The notes: generated by a model not told the origin, from the sequence alone. Positions 30,905 through 41,221 are shown, numbered from the whole stretch's first letter. The stretch: DNA of 63,685 bases, filler included, from Actinomycetota bacterium (GCA_046725875.1; 6 parts of 6 records of this genome joined end to end with filler, not necessarily neighbours in it); one strand, 5' to 3'. Numbers and translations are program-made.

Positions 30905-31198
30905 ATGGTGATGGTGACCGACGCGACCCGGATCTGGGCGCGGCATTCCGTGCTTCCCTGCCCCGGTGACCTGCAGGACGACGCGGAGTTCGTAGCCCTT
31001 TGCGACGGTTTGGCGCGGGTAGCGGATGCTTATCGAAACGATCATCGGCTCAGTCCCGCAGATCAGCAGTGGTTGCGGCAGGTCCGGCCGGGGCTGCATC
31101 GTCGGATGCTGGTCATGCCGCCATCCGGCGATCGTGGCTATGTCGAGAGTGCCCTATCGGTCGTCGACTCACTGCTGACCGAGGCGCGCTTGCGCTAG
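30905..31198 (+). CDS. hypothetical protein
   Basis: GGGAGG RBS then ATG 30905; 97 aa; co-oriented between icmA and the thioredoxin gene. Confidence 0.55.
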   Translation: MVMVTDATRIWARHSVLPCPGDLQDDAEFVALCDGLARVADAYRNDHRLSPADQQWLRQVRPGLHRRMLVMPPSGDRGYVESALSVVDSLLTEARLR

Positions 31199-31262
31199 TT
31201 GCCACCCGGGCCTTGATCTGGCCGAGTCGGCGTTTCCCGGTCGGCCGCGCCAAGATGGGGGT

Positions 31263-32186
31263 ATGCAGGAGCCGAGTTTCACTCAACCTGGAGCAGTCGA
31301 CCTGAGCGCCGTCGCCGGCCGGACGAGGCAGGCAGCTGGTGCGACTTCGGCCGCCAACGGTGGGTCGTACGTCGTTGAGGTCACCGAGGAGACCTTCCAA
31401 GCCGAGGTCGTCAACCGATCGGTTCGCGTCCCGGTGCTTATCGATTTCTGGGCCGACTGGTGCGGGCCGTGCAAACAGCTGTCCCCGATTCTGGAACGGC
31501 TCGCGACAGAGAGTGGTGGCCGCTGGTTCCTCGCGAAGATCGACGTAGATGCCAACCAGCGGATCGCCGCCGCCTTCGGCGTGCAGGGGATCCCGGCCGT
31601 GTTCGCCGTGATCAAGGGTCAGCCGGTGCCGCTCTTTACTGGCGCGCTTCCAGAAGCGCAGGTCAGGCAGGCGGTCGACGAGGTGCTTCGGGTAGCCGCA
31701 GCAAACGGCGTGGCAGGGACAGTCGAGCCTGTCGCGGGGGACGACCAAACTGCGCCCGCCAGCGGGCCCGCTGTCGACCCGGCGATCGCTGCCGCCGAGT
31801 CCGCATTGGAAGCGGGTGACCTTGGCGGGGCCCGCCGAGCATACGAGAATGTGCTTTCCGACCGCCCCGGCGACCCAGAGGCAACAGCCGGGTTGGCGCG
31901 GATAGACCTCTTGATTCGGGTACGAGAGCTCGACGGGACTTCGGCCCGGCAGAAGGCGGCCGTCGACCCCTCTAATTTGACCGCACAATGCGAGGTCGCC
32001 GACCTCGACGTCGCGGGCGGCCACGTGGAAGATGCCTTCCAACGCCTGATCGACACGGTGAAGCGGACCAGCGGTGACGATCGCGACGCTGCTCGGCGCC
32101 ACCTGCTGTCGCTCTTCGACGTGGTTGGGGCGACCGACCCCCGCGTCACGAAGGCGCGGTCCGCGCTGGCCAGCGCTCTCTTCTGA
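31263..32186 (+). CDS. thioredoxin-TPR chaperedoxin (YbbN/CnoX family)
   Basis: GAVDLS, IDFWADWCGPCKQLSP, C-terminal TPR helices ending ARSALASALF. Confidence 0.93.
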   Translation: MQEPSFTQPGAVDLSAVAGRTRQAAGATSAANGGSYVVEVTEETFQAEVVNRSVRVPVLIDFWADWCGPCKQLSPILERLATESGGRWFLAKIDVDANQRIAAAFGVQGIPAVFAVIKGQPVPLFTGALPEAQVRQAVDEVLRVAAANGVAGTVEPVAGDDQTAPASGPAVDPAIAAAESALEAGDLGGARRAYENVLSDRPGDPEATAGLARIDLLIRVRELDGTSARQKAAVDPSNLTAQCEVADLDVAGGHVEDAFQRLIDTVKRTSGDDRDAARRHLLSLFDVVGATDPRVTKARSALASALF

Positions 32187-32350
32187 GCCCAGGCGTTGGT
32201 TGGTCAGAAACACGACAGGAAGATCAGTTGCCAAATTGTGACACTTCGCCGGTTATTACGGAAGCTCACTACCCTACGCAATCGGCGCAGGTTACGTAGG
32301 GCCACATTACATTCCGTGGGGATCAGGCCGTCTTCCGGTGCGTTAGTTAT

Positions 32351-32366
32351 TACTTACTAGTAAGTA
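32351..32366. promoter_or_regulatory. perfect 16-bp palindrome, probable repressor operator
   Basis: TACTTACTAGTAAGTA equals its own reverse complement, in the AT-rich region upstream of the DUF6230 gene. Confidence 0.65.
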
Positions 32367-32696
32367 GCCCCACTTGTTCCGCCCGGGAAGTCGAGCCACT
32401 ATGTGCGCACCCGGCTTAACTGCTCGTGGTTGCACGAGCCGGCGAGCGCCGTTGGCCACGGCGCTCAGATGAGGTGGGGATTGCGGCCGCAAGCCCCACC
32501 TCGACGGCTCGTCCTCCGTGGACGGTGGGCTGCCGCGTCGGCCCCTCGGCATGTTGCCGGCACGCGTATTACACGGCACGACGAGGGCCCGAGGAGGTTG
32601 TCCCAGCGGAAGGGGACGGACGGGCCGGGTCCAGCTCTCTCGCTCCTCGGGCAGCGTCCGCGGGCGGACCGAGGACGGGGCAGACAGGAGGTCCTT

Positions 32697-33338
32697 GTGA
32701 CGGAGGTAGTCGGCCAGGGAACTGGTCGCACTAAGTGGAAGCGCTTCGGACTGGTGCTTGCACCAGCCGTGGCGGCCGGGGCGGCATTAGTCATCATGGT
32801 GGCGAACGGCGTCCTCGCCGTGTCTTTCGCCGTCTCAGGCACGCAGTTCAAGGTCAGCGCGGACAGGCTCACCGGTGACGGCTTCTCGCAGTATGGCTCG
32901 ATCGATCACGGAACAAGCTCCACTGACCTCCACGCCGTGGTGGTCTCCGTGATCGACGACAACGCGGAGCTGACGAAACTTTGCCAAAGTGTCGTGGTTC
33001 CGATCCCCGGACCACTCCAGCCGATTCTCGGTGCACGTAAGATCATCAAGATCACGGCGGGTGGCGGTGGTACCCCTGCGACTGCCGACAACCTCGTCGT
33101 CGACATGACACAGCTCGACGCCACACAGGCACGATTTGGAAACATGAGGATCGGTCAAGACGCGTCGACGCTCGGCGTTAACAGCATCGTCGAACCGGAT
33201 CCGACCGCTGGCGGCTTTGGCCAGGCTGCCGACAGCGTGGATATCCGCAACCTGCAGCAGACTGCTTGGGCGACGACGGCGGGTACGTTCACGCTTCCCG
33301 GGCTCTCGCTCGGGTTCAGCAGCACCGAGTGTTTCTGA
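32697..33338 (+). CDS. DUF6230-family secreted/membrane protein
   Basis: AGGAGG RBS; GRTKWKRFG..TM..LAVSFAVSGTQFKVSAD.L.G.GF.QYG, LCQSVV, IGQDAS, GFGQAAD, QTAWATTAGTFTLPGL, terminal ECF. Confidence 0.8.
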   Translation: MTEVVGQGTGRTKWKRFGLVLAPAVAAGAALVIMVANGVLAVSFAVSGTQFKVSADRLTGDGFSQYGSIDHGTSSTDLHAVVVSVIDDNAELTKLCQSVVVPIPGPLQPILGARKIIKITAGGGGTPATADNLVVDMTQLDATQARFGNMRIGQDASTLGVNSIVEPDPTAGGFGQAADSVDIRNLQQTAWATTAGTFTLPGLSLGFSSTECF

Positions 33339-33417
33339 CAGTTGCACGACCGGGTGAGCGGGGTGGCCATCGATTGGCCGTCTCGCTCACTTGGGCATGA
33401 CTCACAAGGAGTAGAAC

Positions 33418-34098
33418 GTGGCGCCTGACGGCCGTGGCCGTGGACGTGACACGACCTCGGAAGGGTCCGCTCCAGTGGCTTGGCTCGCCCGTCTTCGGAT
33501 GCGACTCGCCGGCTGGTGGCGCAGTTTTCGCCATTGGCGGCGAACCCGGCCATTCTGGGCCGGGGTCATCACCCTCGTGGCGGCCTACGAGCTCATCGCC
33601 GTGCCGAATCTCAAGCTCGGCGGACTCACGATCCAACAAGGCATCGCCGGGATAGCAACCTGGTTGATGGCGGCGCTGATGGCCCTCATGGCGCTTGTGA
33701 TGTGGTTCCAGCCGCATCTTCGGGCTATTGCCGGCGTGTCGACGATTCTCTTCTCGCTAGCCTCGTTCTTGACCTCGAACCTCGGCGGCTTCCTGCTGGG
33801 CATGTTGCTCGGCCTGGTCGGTGGCGCGATGGCGTTTGCTTGGGATGTCACCGAGCCGAACGCGGAGGCGACGCCCGACCGCGGTGAGACCATCGAGGTC
33901 CCGGCAGCCGATGAGGGCCACGACGAGCGGGACCTTATCCCGTACGACGATGACGACCAGGATCGGGTCGGCGTCCGCGGTCCGGTCAGTGAGCAACCGA
34001 CCCAGGAGCAGCCAAGAGTCCCGAGCGGAGAGCGGGACCACTCGTTAGTCGGCACGTCCGGCGAGGGTGGCCCTTCCGAGGGGATCGCCCCTCGATGA
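33418..34098 (+). CDS. DUF6114-family membrane protein
   Basis: FRHWRRTRPFWAG, four TM segments, SNLGGFLLGMLLGLVGGAMAFAW. Confidence 0.82.
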   Translation: MAPDGRGRGRDTTSEGSAPVAWLARLRMRLAGWWRSFRHWRRTRPFWAGVITLVAAYELIAVPNLKLGGLTIQQGIAGIATWLMAALMALMALVMWFQPHLRAIAGVSTILFSLASFLTSNLGGFLLGMLLGLVGGAMAFAWDVTEPNAEATPDRGETIEVPAADEGHDERDLIPYDDDDQDRVGVRGPVSEQPTQEQPRVPSGERDHSLVGTSGEGGPSEGIAPR

Positions 34099-34982
34099 AT
34101 CCCATCGGCCGGGTCGTCGGCATGACCCGGAGCGGCACGCTCGTCCGCGCATGGCTGAGCAGGCTGGGTGCGATAGGCACGGCGATCGCTGCCGTGCCAG
34201 CGTTTTGTTTTGTCGTCTTTGCCTTTACTAGCACGGGGGATGCCGCCGCCGGGCCGGTGGCTGTGCAGACTGCGTCGACCTGCGAGACGGCGACCTCGAC
34301 CACCTCAACCCCCACAAGCTCACCGACTCCAACACTTACCGCGACGCCGACCGCGTCCGACACGGCCACGCCCAGCTCATCGGGCACGCCATCGACCACT
34401 CCGACTTGTTCTGCAACTACCAGTCCGACGCAAACCGCCACCACTAGCGAACCGTCCCGCACCACCACATCGTCGCCGTCGCCGTCATCGATACGGACCG
34501 AGACACCCTCGGTCGATCCACCGAAGGTCAATACTGCGAGGGGCGAGCTGCAGGCAGCCGTCATCCGAGGCGTCCTGACCGCGGACAGGAGCGCAATGGA
34601 TGGGCTGGAGTTCGCCGGGATTGTCACACAGGAAACCGCGAAGGGTTCGGTCAAAGCACTGCGCTTCAGGGCAAATGTCAACACGCTCAGTGACATGCGG
34701 CTCGCCATCACGCACGAAGGCGTCACGCAGATCACTCACGGGGCAGGGGAGGACCCAAGCGTCCTGTCCGGCCACGTCGTTATGGATGTCACGTACTTCA
34801 AAGCCAAGATCGACGGCGTGCCGGTCGAGTTCACCCCGGACAACCCGCCGCCGGCAGAGCTCATCCGCCCCGACATGACCTTCACAGACGTGGAGTCTCG
34901 CATCGTCCTCGTCACCTGCGACAAGATGACGATTGACGGAATGGTTCAGTCCCGCTCGACGCCGCCAGAAGCGGCCCGGTAG
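34095..34982 (+). CDS. secreted hypothetical protein with Ser/Thr/Pro-rich linker
   Basis: N-terminal hydrophobic segment, long S/T/P tract, C-terminal domain with FTPDNPPP; ATGA overlap with the upstream gene. Confidence 0.75.
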   Translation: MNPIGRVVGMTRSGTLVRAWLSRLGAIGTAIAAVPAFCFVVFAFTSTGDAAAGPVAVQTASTCETATSTTSTPTSSPTPTLTATPTASDTATPSSSGTPSTTPTCSATTSPTQTATTSEPSRTTTSSPSPSSIRTETPSVDPPKVNTARGELQAAVIRGVLTADRSAMDGLEFAGIVTQETAKGSVKALRFRANVNTLSDMRLAITHEGVTQITHGAGEDPSVLSGHVVMDVTYFKAKIDGVPVEFTPDNPPPAELIRPDMTFTDVESRIVLVTCDKMTIDGMVQSRSTPPEAAR

Positions 34983-35003
34983 CGTCGTCGCAGCCGCTGC
35001 GCG

Positions 35004-35719
35004 TCACGGCACTCCGGCGCCCTCGTCCTGGCCGTGCATGAGCCAGACGGTGCCGAGGGGCGGCAGGCGGAGTATGACCGATGCCGGTTGCCTGCCGTCG
35101 GGATCAGGTTCGGCCATGATGGAGCCGAGGTTGCCGACACCTGAGCCGCCGTATACGTCGGCATCGGTGTTGATGACCTCTCGCCACACTCCTGGCGCCG
35201 GCAGGCCCAGGTGATAGTCGTTATGCGGCACCGCCGCGAAGTTCGCGATGCACACGAGCGGCGCCGTCCCCTCAAGCCCGTACCTCGCAAATGCCACGAC
35301 GTTGCGGGCAGCATCGTCGACCACCAGCCACTCGAAGCCGCCCGGGTCGCTTTCCCTGGACCAGAGCGCCGGCGAGTCCACATACACGCGATTCAGGTCG
35401 CGCAGAGCGGTCCTCAGTCCGTTGTGGTCGGGTAGGTCGAGCAACCACCAGTCAAGGCTCCGCCCCTCCGACCACTCCGCTTCCTGGCCGAGCTCACCGC
35501 CCATGAAGAGCAGCTTGCCGCCGGGGTGCGCCCACATGTACCCGTAGAGCGCGCGCAGGTTTGCAAGCTTCTGCCACCGGTCGCCGGGCATCTTCCCGAG
35601 TAGTGAGCCCTTGCCGTGCACCACCTCGTCGTGGGAGAGGGGGAGGATGAAGTTCTCGCTGTACGCGTACATCAGCGAAAACGTCAGGTCGTTGTGGTGA
35701 TGGTCGCGGTAAATCGGAT
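35004..35719 (-). CDS. glgB: 1,4-alpha-glucan branching enzyme, C-terminal part
   Basis: YAYSENFILPLSHDEVVHGKGSL, MWAHPG.KLLFMG.E.GQ..EW, W.EVINTD...YGGSG.GN. Confidence 0.96.
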
Positions 35720-35819
35720 NNNNNNNNNNNNNNNNNNNNNNNNNNNNNNNNNNNNNNNNNNNNTTAATTAATTAANNNNNNNNNNNNNNNNNNNNNNNNN
35801 NNNNNNNNNNNNNNNNNNN
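35720..35819. other. artificial contig-joining linker
   Basis: N/TTAATTAATTAA/N, 100 bp. Confidence 0.99.
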
Positions 35820-35895
35820 CATCCGGCGCGGGGCCTAGACCGAGCAGTCCGAGAAACCGCCGGAGGATCACAAAAGCCAGTGTGCGAGCGACCAT
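35820..35895 (-). mobile_element. N-terminus of an integrase-core (rve) IS transposase, cut by contig end
   Basis: MVARTLAFVILRRFLGLLGLGPAPD resembles the N-terminus of the common actinobacterial integrase-core transposase family. Confidence 0.55.
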
Positions 35896-36615
35896 GACCG
35901 ACAGCCTGCCGGATTGCATCTGTCGTGGTCGGCGCTGTGTCGCCGAGGTGGCACCCTTCACGCACGCTTGCCTCGGTCGCGAGGCTTGCTCGGCGACCCT
36001 GCAGGTCGTGCTCGTTCCCATCTGTGTGGAACCCACCCGAGGGCGCGAGCCTGCGCCACGGCGCTCCCGAATCGCGGCTTCCTAGATCATCTACCTGTCC
36101 GTCATACGTCCGTGGACAGTTATAGACGCATGGACCCGATGGGACTCAGTTGGACTCATCCGGACCGGCCAGAGACCGCTCGCACACCGCATAGTCCCAT
36201 GCTCAATTGAGTAACCAAGCTGATCGTCGGACATCGCTCCACCGCCGGCTTTCCGACGTCTGATCTCGATAGTACGTAAGCAGGACTCCTGGCATCATCG
36301 CCCAGCTAAGTGATGACGGCGGGATCGTGTAGACGGTTCCTGCCGGGCACGTCCGTCGGGATGGTGGCGTGACCATCACGGTGCGCGGTGACGAACTCGA
36401 CAAACGACAACGGCAACCCCAGCGGGCAGTCGATCCCGTCATTGTCCGCGCCAGCACCGCATTGATGACCAGCGAGTCAGACCGCCGCGGGCGCTACCCG
36501 CCGGCCGGTCCGGCTGGGCCGCCCTGATGCTGGTGCACGCCGGCGCTGCAAGGACCACCCGCGTCCGCCACGCGCATGGCGCGCTCCGCGGCCCTGAAGC
36601 CGTTGACGAAGTCTC

Positions 36616-36939
36616 TCACGGACGTGGAGCGTTGCGCCGTGTTCGGGCCTCGTAGGTGGACCGTTCTGCCCATGTCAGCTTGGTGGCAGCGCCGTGGAAC
36701 CGGTTGACACCCCACCTGCGGTGCCGACCTTGACCGGCGCAGGTCGTGCATTGCCTATGAGAGCAGGGGAACATTGTTCCCCTGTGCCTGCCCGTTTCCC
36801 CGCATGATCGGCAGGCTTTGAACGGATGCCGGTGCAGCGATACCCAATAGGACGCGCCCGCGCCCCCGGCAATAAGTGCCCCCCAGAGCAGCAGGTTCCC
36901 ATGGCCGATTACAAGTGCCGCGATAAGCAGTAACCCCAT
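36616..36939 (-). CDS. small membrane protein with two CxxCxGxG-like motifs
   Basis: Hydrophobic N-terminus then HPFKACRSCGETGR...CTTCAGQGR. Confidence 0.6.
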   Translation of the reverse strand: MGLLLIAALVIGHGNLLLWGALIAGGAGASYWVSLHRHPFKACRSCGETGRHRGTMFPCSHRQCTTCAGQGRHRRWGVNRFHGAATKLTWAERSTYEARTRRNAPRP

Positions 36940-37104
36940 CCCCCATTGCCCTAATAGTGACACTACGAGACAGGTCCTGCAATGGTCAGGCTTACGCCTG
37001 AGCGGCTTGCGAGTCTTGTTTCTGATGAGAATGAAACTGTATTTCATTGCGGACAAGTGTTCGACGTTAAAATGACCTTATAGATCAAGATAAGCAGATG
37101 CTTG

Positions 37105-37990
37105 CTAATTCTCCCGCGCGGACGACCTTACGCAGCTGGTCGAGGTAAGACCTGGTGGCCTGCACGGAGGGATGGCGCTCCTTGGCACCGTCGTCAGGCC
37201 GCGGCCGCCGAGCTCGACGACGGCGAAGATGTGTTCGCGGTGTTTGCGAACGGTGCGGGACAGGTCGAGCATCGCCGGGATCCGGGATCGGCTGGCGTGG
37301 GCGAGCCAGGCGTCGAGGTGGGCGTCGGCGCGCCGTCCGGGTGGGAGCCGATAGAGGTCGCGGAGCTCTTCGGTGAGCGCCCACGCGCGGAACAGTACGT
37401 GGCGGGTGCGGCGCAGTTGTGCGATCTGCTCGCGTTGCTGCTCGGTCCAGCTCGCTGGGTCGTTGAGCAGCGCCCACCGGGTGGGTTTGATCAGCTGGGC
37501 GGCGGGGTCTTGGCGGACCCGGGCCAGCGGGCTGGGCCGGCCGATCCTGGCGGCCATGCGGGCGAGGTTCCACTCGGTGCGTCTGGCCCCGCGGCAGTCC
37601 AGGCGGCGAATCTCGGCCCGCAAGAGCAGTCGGCGGTACCCAGATCCAGGGCCCGCCACCGACGCACCGTCCGGTCGTAGACGGCGCGGGTCGACCAGCC
37701 GCACGTGCAGGTCAGCCGGCGGGCGCGCCGGTGCACGTCGACCACGATCCCCTGCGGGGTGAACGTCACGCCGACCACGTCGGCGCCGGGCACGGCGAGC
37801 ATCTTGTTGAATGCGGTGGTGGCGCGCACGCGTCGCTCCAAGGGGTTCCGGTTTGCTTGGCAGCTCCGAAACCTACGAGGACGACGCGTGCGCGTCCTGC
37901 AACCCGCCGACGGTCCCCACAACGCCTTACAAATCAAGCGCATCCGTTCGAAACAGCGATCCGATCACCCACGGGAAGCCGAGGAGTCCC
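37105..37990 (-). mobile_element. ISL3-family transposase pseudogene (frameshift and internal deletion)
   Basis: From GTG 37829: MRATTAFNKMLAVPG..CTCG..YDRTVRRWRALDLG / RAEIRRLDC / RWALL..RAWALTEELR..SRSRIPAMLDLSRTVRKHREHI; the central DDE region is missing; end-like sequence near 37965-37990. Confidence 0.85.
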
Positions 37991-38375
37991 AGTTTTCAGG
38001 CGTCGTCGAATCGGGTGGCGTTCTCGGTGAACAGCTCGCAGGACCATGCCGGCGAGCCTGCGCTGACGGGAACTTTTGCGTGGGTCCACCCTGTGGTCTG
38101 CAAGACGGCGGCGATGTGTTGGCCCTGGCCGAGGCTGTCCGACTGGCGCCGGGACGGTGCGTCGTTGCTCATAGTTGCTCCGGCTAATCGGTATCTCCGG
38201 GCGCTCCACGGTGCTCTACTTATATGTACGCCACATGGCAGCTTGCATAGCCGCCTGTCGCGTGGAGGGGGTGTACCCAGGTGACGAGCACTGCGTCGTT
38301 GCTGCTACCGCCCCGTCGCCTCTTCGGCATCAACCCTATCTGGGCAGTGGGGCCGGCAGCCCGGAGGTGGAGCTA

Positions 38376-40571
38376 ATGGCTGACTCGGCCGGTCCATCAC
38401 CGGGTCGGATCTTCATCAGCTACCGCCGAGAGGAGACCGCCTACCCGGCGGGTTGGCTGTTTGACCGGCTGGCTGATCGCTTCGGCGGACAGGTCTTCAA
38501 GGACGTCGATTCGATCGAGTTGGGTGACGACTTCGTCGAGGTAATCACCGGAGCGGTTGGGTCCTGCGACGTGCTGCTGGCGCTGATCGGCGACCAGTGG
38601 CTCACGATCACTAACGAGGATGGGCGGCGTCGCCTCGATGACCCCGACGATTTCGTGCGCCTGGAGATCGAGGCGGCCTTGACGCGCAACGTGCGCGTCA
38701 TCCCGATCCTCGTGGACGGAGCCAGGATGCCGCGAGCCGCCGACCTGCCGCCCAGCCTGGCCAAGCTTGTGCGCCGCCAGGCCCTCGAACTTAGCCCAGC
38801 CCGGTTCGACTTCGACACCAGCCGGTTGCTCAGGGTGCTGGACAAGACTCTTGCCGACGTGCGGACCGCACAAGAGCATGCGGCCGGGATATCGGTGCCG
38901 GCCGACAAGGCGCCAGACCTCACCACAACGGAGCCGCCGGTCGCGCCGGACCGACAGCGGCGGGCGGAATCCGGTCCACCACGCAGCATTCCGCCGGCAG
39001 CTGCCGCCGCGCCGACCGGATCTTCACCTTCGGAGTTGAGCAAGCCGCTGGACCGCGGCATGACGGAGATCGACGAGGGTTCTGAACGGCGGGAGTCGGC
39101 CGAACCGACTCTCATGCCGAGTGCCGGGCCAGCAGCTAGGGCCAGGTATCGGGACGTGGTGCGAGACGGTCTGCCGGTCTCGCAGCCCAGTCCAGCCACG
39201 GGCGAGGCTGGGCCGCCTCCGTCGCCGACGGTCCCAGCCCCGCCGGCCACGGCGGCGCCCGCCGACCGCCGTGCCCGCCCGTCCGGGCGGGCTCGTGCTC
39301 CGCGCCGGCGCCTGCCGTTGGTCATCGCGGCAGGAATCGCGGCGGTCGTGGTCGCCGCCGCGGCCGTCATCGCCGCCCAGCAGCTCCGCCGCGGTGCGTC
39401 GACGCCCTCGGCCCCCGGCACCGCCACCCCCAAGGCCGCCGGTCAGCTCCGCTGGGAGCGGCTAACCGAAGCCGCCCTCGGAGGCCCGGGTGACCAGCGG
39501 ATGAACGCCGTCACCCGCACGTTCAAGCAGGACCCCAGTTACCTGGCCGGCGGGTTCACGACCTCCAGCGGCGACCGGGACGCGGCGATCTGGATCTCCC
39601 AGGACGGTCGGAACTGGGAGCGGATCGCCGACAAGGACCTCGGGGGACCCGGCGACCAGGTCGTGTCCACGGTCGCCGAGTACCGCGGGACCCTGATGGC
39701 GGTCGGTTCGGACACCTCCGCAGGCGACTCGGACATCGCCGCTTGGGAGTCATCGGACGGCCGCGCCTGGGACCGGGTTGCCAGCGACCTCCGCGAGCCG
39801 GGCAGCCAGCGGGTCAACCGGGTGCGGAGCACGGGGCAGGGACTGCTGACGGCAGGTTCCGAGACCCGTGGGGACGGCGACGACGATGCCGTGATCTGGC
39901 GCTACCAGAGCGCCCCGGCCGGCTGGGACCGGATCAGCGACCGCTCCTTCGAAGGCCCCGGCCGACAGGTGGTGTGGCGGGTCGTCGAAGCCGACCTCGG
40001 CTACGGGACCAGCTACATCGCCGCCGGCGGGTCCGCCGGCCAGACGTCCGGTGGCGAGGACGCAGCCGTCTGGATCTCCAGCGACCTGCGCACCTGGGAA
40101 CCGGTTAAGGACCGGTCACTGGGCGGCGCCGGCGACCAGGAGATCACCGACCTCGACCGCTTCGGCTCGGGCCTCATCGCCGTCGGCGTCGAACGCCGGT
40201 CCGGAGGCACCCGCGGCCTCGTCTGGCTCTCCGACGACGGCCGCACCTGGACCCGCGTCGGCGCCCCAGCCATGACCGGCCTGGGCCCCGACGGGATGCT
40301 CACCCGAGTCATCCCCGACGCCGACGCGGTGGGCAAGGGTGTCCCGAAGCTCATCACCGCCGGCTTCTCGGGAACGACCGCCGCCTTGGACGCGGCCATC
40401 TGGACCTCCCAGACGGGCAAGACCTGGACCCGCGAGGCGGTGTTCTCCGGACCCGGCAACCAGGAGATCCTAAGCCTGGCCCGCACCCAAACGGGCGTGA
40501 TCGCGGTCGGCGAAGCCACCTCCAAGCAGGGCTCCGACGCCGCGGTCTGGGTCGGCATCCCTCGGCAGTGA
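38376..40571 (+). CDS. TIR-domain protein with Pro-rich linker, single TM helix and 7-repeat C-terminal domain
   Basis: GGAGGTGG RBS; RIFISYRRE..VFKDVDSIELGDDF..FVRLEIEAAL..VIPILV (TIR); RRRLPLVIAAGIAAVVVAAAAVIAA (TM); seven W.R....GPG.Q / DAA.W.S.DG..W repeats. Confidence 0.9.
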   Translation: MADSAGPSPGRIFISYRREETAYPAGWLFDRLADRFGGQVFKDVDSIELGDDFVEVITGAVGSCDVLLALIGDQWLTITNEDGRRRLDDPDDFVRLEIEAALTRNVRVIPILVDGARMPRAADLPPSLAKLVRRQALELSPARFDFDTSRLLRVLDKTLADVRTAQEHAAGISVPADKAPDLTTTEPPVAPDRQRRAESGPPRSIPPAAAAAPTGSSPSELSKPLDRGMTEIDEGSERRESAEPTLMPSAGPAARARYRDVVRDGLPVSQPSPATGEAGPPPSPTVPAPPATAAPADRRARPSGRARAPRRRLPLVIAAGIAAVVVAAAAVIAAQQLRRGASTPSAPGTATPKAAGQLRWERLTEAALGGPGDQRMNAVTRTFKQDPSYLAGGFTTSSGDRDAAIWISQDGRNWERIADKDLGGPGDQVVSTVAEYRGTLMAVGSDTSAGDSDIAAWESSDGRAWDRVASDLREPGSQRVNRVRSTGQGLLTAGSETRGDGDDDAVIWRYQSAPAGWDRISDRSFEGPGRQVVWRVVEADLGYGTSYIAAGGSAGQTSGGEDAAVWISSDLRTWEPVKDRSLGGAGDQEITDLDRFGSGLIAVGVERRSGGTRGLVWLSDDGRTWTRVGAPAMTGLGPDGMLTRVIPDADAVGKGVPKLITAGFSGTTAALDAAIWTSQTGKTWTREAVFSGPGNQEILSLARTQTGVIAVGEATSKQGSDAAVWVGIPRQ

Positions 40572-40668
40572 TCCCTCCTTCGTAAGCTCGGGTCGGTCAG
40601 GTTGCCGGCGAAGATCACGCTGGCCAAATCCGCCGCTGCGGCGTTGACCTGCCGTAGCGCAGGCTGGA

Positions 40669-40996
40669 TCAGGCGGCTCCGTGGTACTCGTTGATCACGC
40701 CTTGTAGGACTTTGCGGCGGCGGATCGGAGCATCAAGTGGGACGACTGTCGCCGGGTCGTCGTTCGGCGACGGCTGCTGGAGGCTTTGATGCGGTCGATG
40801 CCCTTTGAAGTGGCGGGCATACTGATCGAAGACCGTGATGGCGTGGCGCTGGTTGTAGATCAGCATTCGGTCGGCGCACTCGTCGCGGGCGCTGCGGACG
40901 AAACTCTCGGCGTAGCAGTTCGCTCGCGGCGTGCGGCGAGCTCTTGACCGTGGACGCGCCGCGCAGGCGAAGACGGCGTCGAATGCCTGGCCATAC
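40669..40996 (-). pseudogene. integrase-core (rve) IS transposase C-terminal remnant
   Basis: FDAVFA..RTPRANCYAESFVRSARDECADRMLI..HF.GHRPHQSLQQ..RRRKVLQGVINEYHGAA*. Confidence 0.85.
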
Positions 40997-41177
40997 GGGT
41001 CTGTTGCATTGAGCGATCGGAGGCGATCTTGACCGGAAATCTTACGCGCGGAAGCGTTCCCGGGGCGCCTCACGGCCCGCTGATGGGAGCTTCCACCGTG
41101 GCCCACGGTGCGCCGGACTGTGTTGACAGCAAATCTTCATGCGAAGATCACCTGCGATCGCTCAATGCAACAGACCC
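40997..41177. mobile_element. 181-bp MITE-like element with 34-bp terminal inverted repeats of IS6 type
   Basis: 40997-41030 GGGTCTGTTGCATTGAGCGATCGGAGGCGATCTT vs reverse complement of 41144-41177 GGGTCTGTTGCATTGAGCGATCGCAGGTGATCTT (32/34 identical). Confidence 0.82.
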
Positions 41178-41221
41178 CCGCGGGTCCTCGATGACACGTT
41201 GCCAGCGGTGTGGCACCACGT

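Noticed and set aside
34270..34520. Thr/Ser/Pro-rich tract as a tandem DNA repeat
   Set aside because: Low-complexity coding linker without a discrete repeat unit.
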